A DNA stretch of 63,144 bases, filler included, from Octopus bimaculoides (lineage: Eukaryota), in assembly GCF_001194135.2 (NCBI RefSeq). It is 6 parts of 6 records of this genome, joined end to end, with 100 filler letters (N's around TTAATTAATTAA, not from the genome) between each part and the next. Parts side by side here need not be neighbours in the genome. Positions count along the whole stretch, not along the records: positions 23,060 to 33,254 come from NC_068996.1; positions 33,355 to 48,486 come from NC_068983.1; 4 more parts are not named here. The stretch is one strand, 5' to 3'. How positions within the stretch are numbered: position 1 is the stretch's first letter; the number at the start of each line of letters is the position of its first letter. The notes beneath the pieces are model-generated. The model saw only the letters and a program-made list of their open reading frames with translations. It searched no databases and was not told the origin of the DNA. The position numbers and the translations under genes were made by a program. Positions 24,400 to 39,459 of this stretch are shown in pieces.

Positions 24400-27290
24400 A
24401 TTACAAACCTTTCCTCCTCCACCTTCACCACCGCCTAAAACAACACCCTTCCACTGCTTTCAGCCTTCTATTAACCTTTCCCTAATAATTTTCAAAGAAC
24501 GCACATCTTCAGTCACTTTTTCTTTCTCAGTCGCTGCCTTCATCAGTGCCTCATCCCTAAAAGTTTCCGCCTCCAATTCCACCCCACTCTGCTGCAACCA
24601 TCCTACCCATACTCCGTACTACCTCCTACCGCCTTATGCGCGTCACCATTCGTTCTAATCTCTCCAAAATACACACCATCAACCGTCTTCTCCCTCTTGC
24701 TTTTTCCTTCTTCTCCTCTCAGTCGCCCTCCCATACTAACACTACATTACATAATTCATTTAAATCATCTCTTTCATCAATTTCTCGCTCACACCAAACA
24801 ACGTAAACTCCACTCATTCCTCCATTCGATCGCACCCAATTCCACAACCTCAACTCCTCCACTACCCCTCTCCCTCCCTGATATGCTCCCCCACTCTCCC
24901 AACTTCTGTCCCATCCACCCCTTCTCCACTTCAGATCTTCCCCTCTCTGAGGTGGAGCGCTCCCTCCTCAGTAGGGCTTCTGCGCTTCATCCCTCTCACT
25001 CCATCCAGCAACGAATTTTGGACTCGTGCCGATATCCACAGCTTTGTGCTCTGGGTTAGGTTGTGTACACTTTTCAGCAACACTCCACCTGCATCTAATG
25101 AGGAGGACTGCTTCACCGACCTGGGCCACCAACCATTCCAATGGATACCAGCACCTGGCCAGTTCCAAGCAGTCGATCTTTTTGCGGGCACCTGCCAGCG
25201 TGCTGTGGACCAGTTTAACTTTTCCAGGCGTCCCAGTCATCTGAACATCTCCCCAGCTGAATTCTTGCCCCTTCGATGTCTCTGACACTGTATGGACATC
25301 ATCATAAAACCGGCCGACAAGGGTGGAGTCGTGGTGGTGTGGCACGGGGACCTCTAGAAGACCGAAGCTCTCCGCCAACTTCAAGACACCTCCTTCTATT
25401 GCCCTCTTACCTCCAACCCCACATCCAGCTACCAACAGACTGTGTTCTTCACTATCCATGACCTCATCTCCTCCTTCCGTCTCCCGCCCCCACCACTTCT
25501 AATCTCATTGTCCGCTCCCCTCACAATTTACTTTCTCCACAAAATCCACAAATGTAACAACCCTGGCCGCCCCATTCTCTCTGCTTGCAATTGCCCCACT
25601 GAACTCATCTCCAGATATCTTGACCATGTCCTTGTCCCCACCCCTAGTGGCTTCCCCCCTCATCTTACATCCATGACACCAACCATGCACTTCGTTTGTT
25701 CAACTTTCTCCTTCCTTCCTGGCCCCTCTAAACTTCTCTTCACTCCTGACATCAAGAGCCTATACATAGGCTCGTGGTGATCCCTCACCATGAGGGGCTG
25801 CATGCATTCCAATATTTCCTTGACCTTCAACCCAACCTCCAATCTGACACATCCACACTTCTTTGTCTGGTTGAACTTGTTCTCTTCCTTAACTGCTTCT
25901 CATTCGCAGGTGATTTTTACCAACAGTTCTCAAGAGTGGCCATGGTAACAAGAACGGGTCCCAACTATGCGGACCTGTTCGTTGGCTACATTGAGGCCCA
26001 AATATTCTCAAGTTTCACTGGTCCCACTCCCGAACTATTCGGCTGTTATATTGACGACTGTATCGGTGCAACCTCACTCTCCTGCGAACATCTAGACTCC
26101 TTCCTCTCTTTTGTCAAATCCCTCCATCCTGCCCTCCGCTTCTCCTGCACTATCTCTGACACCTCAGTCACCTTTCTTGACATTTCAGTTAGCATTCATC
26201 ACTCCACTCTTACCACTTCCATCCACTACAAACACACAGACTCACACTCATACCTCAACTTCTCCTTCCACCCTAAACACACCAAGCTTTCCATCCCCTA
26301 TTCCCAATTCCTCTGTCTGCGCAGGCTCTGCAGTGACAACCATGACTTTGAGACTCAGTCTCAACTCATGGCTCGCCACTTCATCCTATGTGGATATCTC
26401 CTCACCACTATCCACACCACCCTTGCCAGAACATATTCCGTGGATTGTGCATCTGCTCTCTCCCCCACACTACCGTTACCCTCACCTACCACCCCCACAC
26501 AATTCTATGAGCTTTCCGACGACTCTAGTCCGACCTCTCCACTTTGCACATCGTCTCTAACTGACCTTTCCCCTCCTTCAGACGAGCCCACAACCTACGA
26601 GACCTTTTGATTCACAGCTTCTTCCCTAACCCAACCCGACTCATTCCCCTGCTGCTGCACTTGCCCTTACCTCTACAACACCACCCTCCTCACAGACACC
26701 CATTATCGACCCTATCATATCATTGACTCCTTCACTTACACTTCTAGCAACATCATCTACTGCTCTCTCTGTCCTCTGTACATCAGTCAAACAGGACACC
26801 ACTTGGCTGACCGGTTCATGGAACACCTCCGAGACATCCGACTTAGCAACGACACCCCGGTCTCGCGCCATTTCCAGTCTACCGGTCACTCTTTACAACA
26901 CCTGTCTGTGTTTGGATTGTCCTTGCACCGGGGCCATCCGGACTCCCGTCTTCACCATGAGCAGGGATTAATCTTCTCTCTTTGCACCACATGGGCTCAA
27001 CCCTCCTCCTCTCTCCCCACACCTACTTCCTCCCACCCACCTCTCCTCTCTTGCTCTGGCACCTACTTCCTCTTCACTTGTACCCACCTTCTCCCTTCAT
27101 TGTCACCTCTCCCTCATTACCCCACCCATATACATCCCACCCTTAGACCTTATCCTTGCTTCCCTCACACCTCAACACCACCATACCACACCACACCGCA
27201 CACACTAGCACTGACCACTTCCCAGCACCTACACCATCATCCACACACCCACACATGCACATGTCGTCACCAGCCCCCTTCCACACGCAT
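24400..27290 (+). mobile_element. Near-full-length Penelope-like element (Neptune-type), frameshifted, antisense in SRM intron 2
   Basis: N-terminal SHFFFLSRCLHQCLIPKSF; IIIKPADKG; RT motifs PGRPILSACNCPTE, DIKSLY, GPNYADLFVG, YIDDC, FLDISV, YKHTDSHSYL; Cys-rich linker CCCTCPY; GIY-YIG SNIIYCSLCPLYISQTG...RFMEH...PVSRHF; pyrimidine-rich 3' UTR. Confidence 0.95.
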
Positions 27291-27689
27291 GTGAGAGAAC
27301 AATAATAATATTGCATATGTTGCATGTATTATACGTATGACTTTATACATGGTGTATAATGACTGTTAAGAGATTGTAATATCAATTTGAATTTTCTTTT
27401 CCTCATTTAAATTTGTTATTTTCCACTCTGCAAAGTTTATATTATGCTTATGAGATCATACCTTGGATTTGCAAAGAGCTGATATGATCAATGCCTGGAT
27501 TGTATGTATAACCTCTCAATTACATACGTACGTATGTATTCCCTAATTTTTGAAGCAAATAACATCAACTTAAGGAAAGTATTCATTATTAAAGAAGAAT
27601 ATATCATTTTGACTGAAATATAATGCAAGTCAGAAATTCAAAAGAATGCAAATTCTGGTATCCAAGATGTATAAATGTATTTTACTTAC

Positions 27690-27810
27690 ATTTTCTGGAG
27701 ATGGGTGTGAATATAATGGAATATTTGCAATCATTTCCTGATAGGCAAATTCATCTTTTTCAGAACACTGAATTAGCCCATCCAAGACCAGAACATTTCC
27801 AAACCTCTTG
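27690..27810 (-). CDS. SRM: Spermidine synthase, coding exon 2
   Basis: cttttttag|(S)[40 protein letters not shown]|gtaagt; 121 nt, phase 2/0; closely matches human [41 protein letters not shown] (recalled). Confidence 0.98.
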
Positions 27811-27980
27811 CTAAAAAAGAAAATGACTTTATGCAGTCAATATTCAGTTATTATATGTAAGTAGAATAAATTATTGTATTTCATGTTTTATGAGTTGATC
27901 AGGTTTTATGAGTTGATAAATTAAATCTTTTGTCAACAATTGTTTCTGAGGAAAATTTTGGAATGAATGCTCACCATTAA

Positions 27981-28200
27981 TTCTTTAGCATTCAGATTAT
28001 TTTGTCAAATATAATACTTCCTTATTCACATTGTTTAAAAATAATCATGTGTTATCTTCTAGCTTTGAGATTTCAATGATGTGATTGTTTATTTTTAGAA
28101 TGACATTTTAGAGTAAGTGTAAGAAGTTGAACTTGGCTGGTCTGAACATAAAGCAAATAGGCTATTTGGACCAGATATGGCCAGTTGAAGTGCTAAAGGA
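27981..28200. mobile_element. piggyBac-type MITE flanked by TTAA
   Basis: TTAA-ttctttagca...tgctaaagga-TTAA; a partial opposite-orientation copy at about 28549-28670. Confidence 0.7.
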
Positions 28201-29261
28201 TTAAGATGAAACCAATTAAGAACAGTATTGTTTATGGAAAAATCTTACTTCTTCCAAGGTCCAAGAAAAGAAATTAATGCTGCAAGAAGCAATTTTTATC
28301 CATTAAAAAACAATTTGCTGCCTAATAGAAGGGTATTAGAAGAATTGATATCATAAGGGGCAGTTCTTTTGAAGTTTCTCAACTTTTCCATTCTTTTACA
28401 CTTACAACTTTGCTGACCATTACAACAAGGCCCTGTTGCTGATCTTCAAGAGCATCTAGTAAAGTATAACCCACACTGGCATGGAAAGCAAACGTTAATT
28501 GATGATGATGAAGATGAAGCCAGAATCAGTTTCTTATACTTATCCCACAATATCATTCTAAAACTAAATAATTACATTATTGAAATCTTGAAGCTATGAG
28601 AAAATACATGATTAATAGAAAACAAAGTGAATAAAGAAACATTACATTTGACAGAATGCTAAAGAGTTAAGGATACATTTTAACATTTATTTTTAGAAAT
28701 TAATGGAACACTATAATCCTAACTCTCACACCACCTTGAGGTATATTACTTAAGGGACCTCAGCAGATCTGCATGTACCAAGCAAGCTCTACCACATGAC
28801 AGATACATCTGATAGTGACATCAATTGTTCTCTCTTGCCATTAATGCAACTACCAGTGCTCTCTCAGTCCTATCCTTTCTACTGCTGATACCTTGATAAA
28901 ATCCACACAGTACACTCCATTAAGTGTAGAATTAAGAGAACCTTTTAATCTTGGTGAAGACATAACAGCCTCTGCAGCACTACGAAAAAAATGCAATCCA
29001 GTAAACTATGTAAAGAGAAACCAAGCTGAAAATGAAACTTACATGTGAGATGTGCCCCACCACCACCACCACCAACAACAACAACATCACCATTACCATA
29101 CCTTCATAGAAGAGCAGTGATGACCCTTCCAAATTATGTCAGCAGAAATTAAATGACAATGAGGATGATTATAAGGTATCATTCTATCGTGAAGCATGTT
29201 AAAAGTAACTTTCAGCATCATTACTGTCAAAAAGATAATATAATTCTAATGAGGATAAATA

Positions 29262-29420
29262 TGGCTGTGTGGTTAGGAAGCTTGCTTCCCAGCCACATGG
29301 TTTCAGGTTCAGTCCCACTGCATAGCACCTTGGGCAAGTGTCTTCTACTATACTCTCAGGCCGACCAAAGCCTTGTGAGTGGATTTGGTAGGCAGAAGTT
29401 TCCATTGTGTGTGTGTACAT
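29262..29420 (+). mobile_element. SINE family A, 5' half
   Basis: atggctgtgtggttaggaagcttgcttccc...ggttcagtcccactg...ggccgaccaaagccttgtgagtggatttggtag. Confidence 0.88.
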
Positions 29421-29684
29421 GTATGTGTAAGTGCTCATGCTTTCAAACTGAGAGGAGGGAAACTTTGACAGCAAAACACATTGATAATGGGCATTAAAAT
29501 TGCATTCAATAAATTTAAAACAAGGTTGTCTGACAACAGTTTTACATGAACCATAATTTACTGACTACTTTCAGAGATTTGAGTCATCTACAGGTAAGAA
29601 CAGTGTGCAGTCATGTTATAAAATATATCTTCAGAAATTATAATAAAAAAAAGATAGAATTATATAAAAAGAATATTTAAATAC

Positions 29685-29812
29685 CTCTTAAATACCATAA
29701 TATCTTGAAACTTTGATTTCTCATGGTAGAGCACTTCATCTACTTGAAGGCACATGCTATAACCAGACCACAGGTCACACTCTTCTCGAAACCATCCATT
29801 TTCCAATGGCAT
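29685..29812 (-). CDS. SRM: Spermidine synthase, first coding exon (exon starts at 29817 after an acceptor, so a non-coding exon lies upstream)
   Basis: ttaaacag|caaaaATG: MPLENGWFREECDLWSGYSMCLQVDEVLYHEKSKFQDIMVFK(S)|gtattt; 128 nt, phase matches exon 2. Confidence 0.96.
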
Positions 29813-29989
29813 TTTTGCTGTTTAAAACTGTGTGATATACAAATAGATTTAAATCCATTAAAAAAAGTATAACCAAGCATTTGATTATATTCTACAAACA
29901 AGTCACAAGTACTCACCCATCACCCACTCCATTTCTAAGTTCCTGATCTGATAAAGGTACATCAAGCAGTCTCTCATTTCATCTCTATC

Positions 29990-30420
29990 ATCCTCATCAT
30001 TTAACATCCATTTTCCATGCTGGCATGACGTGGATGGCTTGACAGGAAATAGCAAAGCCAGGGGCTGCACCAGGTTCCATAGTCTGTCTTGGTTTTGGTT
30101 TCTATGGCTGGATGCCCTTCCTAATGCCAACCACTCCATTGTGTATACTGGCTGCTTTTTACATGACACCAGCACCCACAGCAATGCTTTTCATATGGCC
30201 CCTTGGCTTTAGGATCTCAATTCTGTTGTGGTGGGTGGGTATTCTTGAGTACAGCAATGTGTCACATATCTCAGTCCTCTTTCCTCTCTTTCGTAAGGCC
30301 CAGCATTTTCAAATTGGCCTTCAATACTTTGTTCCATGTCTTCCTGGGTCTCCATCTTCAACAATTTCCCTCCACTTTAAGTGATCGGCACTTCTTTATA
30401 CAACTGACCTCATCATAATT
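29990..30420 (-). mobile_element. RTE LINE 3' end (ORF terminus plus tail)
   Basis: DEVSCIKKCRSLKVEGNC*RWRPRKTWNKVLKANLKMLGL followed by the (GAT)n-ending tail; this links the tail family to RTE. Confidence 0.85.
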
Positions 30421-31227
30421 AAATTTCAAGAGTAAGATGCATGCAATAAAAACCTATTCATTAAAAAAATTAACTTCTGTAATGATTATGTTTGTCTGTC
30501 AGAGCAACAAGGACCATTTAGTCATTATCGAGGATGATTAATGACTTATATGGTGGCTTTATTAAGAGTGAAGAAGGATTGCACACTGTCAACCTCAATC
30601 TTTCATCAGTGACCATCTTCAAACTTTCAATCCAAAGGCAAAACTAGATTGAGATGACTGGGAATGGAGACGGATACAGTAGAAACCACACCTTACTCTC
30701 TGCACTCCACAATACGCTGCTGCATCCACCTTCTTCTCCATTAAACCATGAAGGTCTCTTTCACAGAAACTGCCACATCCAAGCTTCATGCACATAAATA
30801 AACAAGCCCTAATATGCTATTTTAACCATAATTGGGACCTTGACAGGTGCCACTACTCCAAGTCAAAGCAGACCTGGAAACAATAGTGTCTAAGAGATGG
30901 TTCCATACTCCTCAGTAAACTGAAACTCCTGCGCCAGGGCCATACTACAAGATGTGGCTTAAAGCCATACCCAGCTCAATTTATAATAATGCACATCAAC
31001 CAAAAGACTTATTCTTCCTCTCATCCCCCATACTGTGTCTCACTTGCTCAACGCTCTGCAACAATTTCTTGATTCCTACTTCACAATAACATCAATTCTG
31101 ACATTTTCCACCAGCCACATTTTATCTGAGGACATCAGACATAAACTCATACATACTCACCCTAACCTAATCTCGCCAGTCTTGAAGAATCTGCAGAAAT
31201 CTTATAATTAAAAAAGCAAACACTTAA

Positions 31228-31764
31228 GCGTAGGCATGCCTGTGTGGTTAGAAGTTTGCTTTCCAACTACATGGTTCCAGGTTCAACCCAACGCATGACT
31301 TCCTGGGCAAGAGTCTTCTAAGACTGACCACATTCTTGCAAGTGGATGTGGTGGATGGAAACTGAAAGAAGCTTCTTGTACATAGCTATGTGTGTTTGTT
31401 CCTTACCGTCACTTGACAACTGGTGTTGGTGTTTACATCCCTGTAACTTAGCAGTTCGACAACAGAGACCAATAGAATAAATATCAGGTTTAAAAAAAAG
31501 AAAGATGAAAATAAGTACTGGGGTCAGTTCATTTGACCAAAAGTTCTTCAAGGTGGTGCCCCAGCATGGCTACAGTGTAATGAGTGAAACAAGTAAAAGA
31601 TAAAAGATATACTGGGATTGATTTGTTCAACTAAAACCCTTCAAGGTGGTGCCCCAGCATGGCCACAGTCCAATGACTGAAACAAGTAAAAGATAAAAGA
31701 TATACTGGGATTGATTTGTTCAACTAAAACCCTTCAAGGTGGTGCCCCAGCATGGCCACAGTCC
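31228..31764 (+). mobile_element. SINE family A with its 3' tail amplified as a 93-bp tandem unit
   Basis: cttcaaggtggtgccccagcatggc recurs at 31546, 31639 and 31732, then runs into an N gap. Confidence 0.85.
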
Positions 31765-32248
31765 NNNNNNNNNNNNNNNNNNNNNNNNNNNNNNNNNNNN
31801 NNNNNNNNNNNNNNNNNNNNNNNNNNNNNNNNNNNNNNNNNNNNNNNNNNNNNNNNNNNNNNNNNNNNNNNNNNNNNNNNNNNNNNNNNNNNNNNNNNNN
31901 NNNNNNNNNNNNNNNNNNNNNNNNNNNNNNNNNNNNNNNNNNNNNNNNNNNNNNNNNNNNNNNNNNNNNNNNNNNNNNNNNNNNNNNNNNNNNNNNNNNN
32001 NNNNNNNNNNNNNNNNNNNNNNNNNNNNNNNNNNNNNNNNNNNNNNNNNNNNNNNNNNNNNNNNNNNNNNNNNNNNNNNNNNNNNNNNNNNNNNNNNNNN
32101 NNNNNNNNNNNNNNNNNNNNNNNNNNNNNNNNNNNNNNNNNNNNNNNNNNNNNNNNNNNNNNNNNNNNNNNNNNNNNNNNNNNNNNNNNNNNNNNNNNNN
32201 NNNNNNNNNNNNNNNNNNNAGAAACCATTGATATATGTATTGTGTGTG

Positions 32249-32319
<71 letters not shown>

Positions 32320-32322
32320 GCA

Positions 32323-33100
32323 CAGGGTGCAATGGGTATATTGTCACCATTTTATATTTTTGATTTCACACTTGTGCATTGTCTGTTTTTGATTTTGTCA
32401 AGTACACAGTATGGTAGGGTCAGTTGGGCACTGTCTATGAGAAAAACACCACCATGATGCAATTCACTCTGCCAGAAATTTGGAAACGACATTGCAATAT
32501 TGCTTGGCTTTCGCGCCAGAAGCTCCAATATGAACATCTCAGTGTTTGAGTGTCAATCTGAGGACATGTACTGAGAGTGATAAAGATCAAACATCCAGTC
32601 AACATCAGGGTGTTTGGAGTGATCACTAGTGATGACAACATTATGCCTCTATTCATCACCCCACATGGCCTCAGACTCAACACCGAGGTCTACATCGTGC
32701 CTGGAGGAGGTATGAGTCAAGAGGGTGGGTGCTATCTCAGGCAACAGGACTCTGCACCATGCCACACAAGCAGGAGAACCCAGTCATGGCTGTCAGACAA
32801 TTTCTGCCACCACATCACCCCTAACTCCCCAGACTGCAACGCCCTTGATTATTATGCGTAGGGTGCAGTTGAGCAAGAGACCAACAAAACTCCTTGTAGC
32901 ACCAAAGATGAACTGAAGGCAAGGATTATGGCAGCATTCACCAACTTAAACAAGGAGGTTGTTCAGAAGAGTCGCAGGAGATTCTGAAGTCGTCTGGAGG
33001 CTGTGGTTTAAAGCCAATGGCGATTTTATTGAATAAATTTACTCTTTAGTATTTCAAGATATTTGAATGTAATTTTGGTAAATATATCTGTTAAAATGAG
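32323..33100 (+). mobile_element. Internally deleted maT/DD37D-type Tc1/mariner transposon
   Basis: Left TIR cagggtgcaatgggtatattgtcaccatttt; KIKHPVNIRVFGVITSDDNIMPLF...QQDSAPCHTSRRTQSWL...PNSPDCNALDYY. Confidence 0.88.
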
Positions 33101-33102
33101 AT

Positions 33103-33254
33103 CATCATCATCATCATCGTTTAACGTCCGCTTTCCATGCTAGCATGGGTTGGACGATTTGACTGAGGACTGGTGAAACCGGATGGCAACACCAGGCTCC
33201 AGTCTGATTTGGCAGAGTTTCTACAGCTGGATGCCCTTCCTAACGCCAACCACT
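33103..33254 (-). mobile_element. Young RTE-type 3' tail with (GAT)n end
   Basis: Near-identical to 22113-22249. Confidence 0.85.
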
Positions 33255-33396
33255 NNNNNNNNNNNNNNNNNNNNNNNNNNNNNNNNNNNNNNNNNNNNTT
33301 AATTAATTAANNNNNNNNNNNNNNNNNNNNNNNNNNNNNNNNNNNNNNNNNNNNTCACACACACATACATGTAACTATACATACATGCATACATAC

Positions 33397-33433
<37 letters not shown>

Positions 33434-33469
33434 TATCTATATAACTCTATCTACATAAAAAAAAGTAAC

Positions 33470-35230
<1,761 letters not shown>

Positions 35231-35239
35231 GTAAAACAA

Positions 35240-35303
<64 letters not shown>

Positions 35304-36110
35304 GACAGAAATAAATGAATAAAAATAAGAAGAACGCGTCGGGTGGTTAGGAATAAAGAGGAAGTATGAAGTGAACGAGGCAAAGTGGAAAAAGAAAGCA
35401 ATGTTGTTGAGATGGATGGGAAGATGGCGGAAAGTGAGAGAGCGCAGGGGGGTGGATGGTTTGTTGACAAAACGCAAGAGAAGGAAATGGGAGGAAATCA
35501 TTCCAATTTCAACATGGAATGATAGCAAACATTGGAAATGGCTTCATTCATATAATCATGTAATTCACAAATGATATATCATTGCCGATTTGATGACAAG
35601 CTGTGAAACTGTTCTACACTAGTTCAAGCCTTTACAATGGCTAAATTGATAATAGATCTCGTGAAATGAAGGTAAAATAGCAATCAATATGGCTGGCACT
35701 ACACTGAAGCTCCAAAGATTGCTTATGGAACTGAAATGTTCCATGCAACACGTATTATCTGCAATCAGTGATATTACTAATATGTCTTCCTGTAGAAACA
35801 GAAAAGGAAAATAAAGTAGGCTTCTAACAATGCAGAAAGTTTAATAAAAACAAAAATTTATATTTTAGGTGCTAAAGAAGGAAGAAGTCCAAGATTTCGT
35901 TATTTTATTTGAACTGCTCGGCGTTTGGGTTAGCAGCAGTAGCAGCAACTCTCCAACTGCTGGTGCAAGCATCTCTCGAACTGTGGGTCTTTCTTTCAAC
36001 TGTATCTTCGGATAGATTCCTTTTTGAAGGTTTTCTAAAATAGGGAGAGTTTTTTGAAGAGGAAATAATCTATTCCTGACTGCGCACAAATTTCATTATT
36101 TTGATAGGAA

Positions 36111-36134
36111 ATGGCAACTAGGTTCGAGGCTAAA
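36111..36134 (+). CDS. Candidate start-codon exon (MATRFEAK) with an ATG-free leader 35869-36110; probably the 5' end of the guanylyl cyclase
   Basis: tattttag acceptor at 35868; 242 nt without any ATG; ggaaATGG context; AAA|gtatgt donor in phase 0, compatible with exon 54951. No homology evidence. Confidence 0.45.
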
Positions 36135-38530
36135 GTATGTAGAAAGAGTATATAATATATTGGATTGATATATTATATGACTTCTACAACTTATTTTATC
36201 AAGAGAACAAAATATAATCGATCACAGCAGGTGTTGAACTTAGAACTTAGAGGAATCAAAGAAGATATTGGGTGGGGGTTACGTTTTAACTATCTCCTCC
36301 ATCAAAATATTGATTAACAAATATTATTGTGGTAAAATATTTCTTAAATTTGTCAATTAAATGTTATCATCATCGTTTACGGAGAATATTCATTATACAT
36401 TTCGGTTTCTTCTGAATTACTTTAATGTCACATTAAGATACCCGAGAAACGAGTATTTAACCGATATAGAGTTCGTTAAACAAGTGTCGCGGTTAGTTAC
36501 ATTCGAACTGAAAAAATTTAATAAAAGAGATAATTAAGGCTCCAATTTGATTGGAATGAACAATTCAGTAGATAAAAGTATTGAAAATAACAAAAGTTAA
36601 AAAACAAATTGGCGCAATGCCTACTGAGTAGTAAGTATGAAAATGGAGAGTGAAAAAACTATATTTATATATAATAACACAAGAAAATAATGAAGTGGAA
36701 TAAATAAATTACGCTGTCCTGTAGCTAGTCCCACCACTTTCCATTTTATGAAAAAGACAGTTTGTAAAGCTTATTCGAAAACAAACTCGTAATTACTATT
36801 GCTGGAGTAAAAACATTAGCGAGATATTTAACAAATATTGCATCTATTCTCAAATATGTTTCCACAACATTGAGCTAATAACACCAGTTACAACAACCAA
36901 CAGAAATTTTATATAAAAATCTGACTTATTTCTACGAATATTTGAAATTAGTTGCCAAAGCTATGAATGAAATTTCTATCTAGCGTTGATAATCTCTTTG
37001 ATGTTTCCGAGTCATAAAACTGCTCTCTAGCCAAGCGAGAACCTTGTTAAATGAGTACAATGTCCAATGAATGTCCGTTCAATGTTTTTCTATGTAGAAC
37101 TTCATAATAATGGATACTCAGAAGCGTTTTAGCACCACATAAAAAGATAAAATCTTCTAGAAAATTGCTTTCTGCCTTAATTTTTCTTAACCAAACGTTT
37201 AAGCAGTTGTACGCATCACAGAAGATTCTTGTTTCAAATAACGGCAACTAATATACTTATATGTACATTTCTATTGCAATTTTCTGCGAGAAAAAATAGA
37301 GGTTGGGGGTGATGGTTTTATTGGTTAAACCAATGGATGAGAGATAAGGGATAAATTTTATCTGAAACCCTGTTTGATTTTGAAGCGATTTCAAAAGATT
37401 CCGATGTGGTGAATGACCAAAAACGATTGCTCAATGAAAATTATTTTGTTCTCGGCCCAAACTGCGACTAGTACAAAGAGAAGAAAAAAATAACAGAATA
37501 ATGTTAAATGTCCCCCCAGTGAAGACGAAGAGGTTACAGTTTATTTATCATTGACAACTTTCTTCAATGTTGATTCCTTCAGTTTACTCGCGTGTTTGGA
37601 TCATTGAACATGAATGAAGGTTCCGTTAGGTTTATAATTATCTTTGCCCATGCAGAACAGCGATTTGTGGAAGGAGAATACTACTTTTCCGTCAATAAAG
37701 TACCAAAAGATTTACTTGTGAAGCAAATAGGATAAAGTAAAAAGAAAGAAGAAGAAAGCTAAAGATAAAAGGAATAGGGAGATAGAACGGAGAGGAGATG
37801 AGAAAAAGATGGAAAAGAGCAAGAATATGATAGAAATAATAAATAATGAAAGACAGAAAGAAATAAATATACAGAGAAAAAATAGAGAGGTGGGAGGTCG
37901 AATAACGGTGGTGGATGGAAGAGAACATTTCAGTGTGACAACGCATAGAAAATGGCGATGGTGGAGTAAAATAAAGTGTATGAGAGGGAGGGCGAAAAAG
38001 AAACCAAAATAATGAAACAGAAAGAGTAAGATAAAGATTAAGAGAAAGAGAAAGAATGATACGATAGAAAGATCTGAATTGAAAAGATGGGAAATGTTTG
38101 GAAAGGAGAGATGCGGGAGCGAATATATTCAAAGAATATTGCTAAATCTTCTCTGACAACAAATAGTTTTAATATACAGACATTAGGCAAAACTTTTATC
38201 GACATCAACGAGCCAATTTACTTTTATTGCTGACTGCATTAAACATTAAAAAGAATCAACACATATATACACACATACAAGTAAATACTACATACGGGAC
38301 ACGCTCATACATACTCATAAAAATATAAGCAAAGAAGCACATATTGTTTTCTCTCTGTGTGTGTGTGTGTGTGTATACATATCTGTATATGTATATAAAT
38401 AAATTAATATATATATATATATTAAATACAACACACACAAATATATGTTACTGTGTGCCATCCCTCTTTTTCCAATTCTCAAATATACATACACACATAT
38501 ATGTATGTATATATGTATATATATATATAC

Positions 38531-38595
<65 letters not shown>

Positions 38596-38699
38596 GAAAA
38601 GTACAAAGATATATGTGTGATTATACATACATGTACATATAAACTTATACATATATCAGTATATATGTACGAACATATGTATGCATATGTGTATGTATG

Positions 38700-38746
<47 letters not shown>

Positions 38747-39410
38747 CTTATACAAACACACACACAGACACGCAGACACACACACACACACTTGAACATA
38801 AATACACAGAGATACTTTTAAGTACATTCGTACAAAATTCAATTTTAATAAAACTTCTGATCGTCACTTTTTACTTATATCTGCTCTCCAGTGGGGAATT
38901 AAAGCACTTGGCCGCCATTGCTAACAGTCGAAAATCATTTTTCGTTTGAAGAAACATGGCGCCTAATCATATAACGCTCAAAGACACTGTTTTTAATGAC
39001 CAATAGAATACTTGTGGCGAGTTTATGTACCATAAATACTTTAAGTGACGGCAAGAGATTTCTTCTGCTTTATACGAGAAGAAAAACACGCAGCAATCTA
39101 CAATTGAAATAGAGAGCTGGCGACATTGTTTGGCGATTGGGAATACATCATGATTGTTATTATTGAACAGATATACATACATGCATATATACATATATAT
39201 ATATATATATNNNNNNNNNNNNNNNNNNNNNNNNNNNNNNNNNNNNNNNNNNNNNNNNNNNNNNNNNNNNNNNNNNNNNNNNNNNNNNNNNNNNNNNNNN
39301 NNNNNNNNNNNNNNNNNNNNNNNNNNNNNNNNNNNNNNNNNNNNNNNNNNNNNNNNNNNNNNNNNNNNNNNNNNNNNNNNNNNNNNNNNNNNNNNNNNNN
39401 NNTGTATATA

Positions 39411-39459
<49 letters not shown>

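Noticed and set aside
29575-29593. Plus-strand 19-nt micro-exon-like signal (ctttcag|...CAG|gtaaga) in SRM intron 1
   Set aside because: Good splice signals but no partner exons or homology; expected by chance in 63 kb.
31546-31764. Regularly spaced repeats as a CRISPR-like array
   Set aside because: Eukaryotic context; the whole 93-bp unit repeats with no unique spacers and derives from a SINE tail.
35865-36089. 74-aa minus-strand ORF (MCAVRNRLFPLQK...)
   Set aside because: TTG start, no homology; better explained as the antisense of the plus-strand leader exon.
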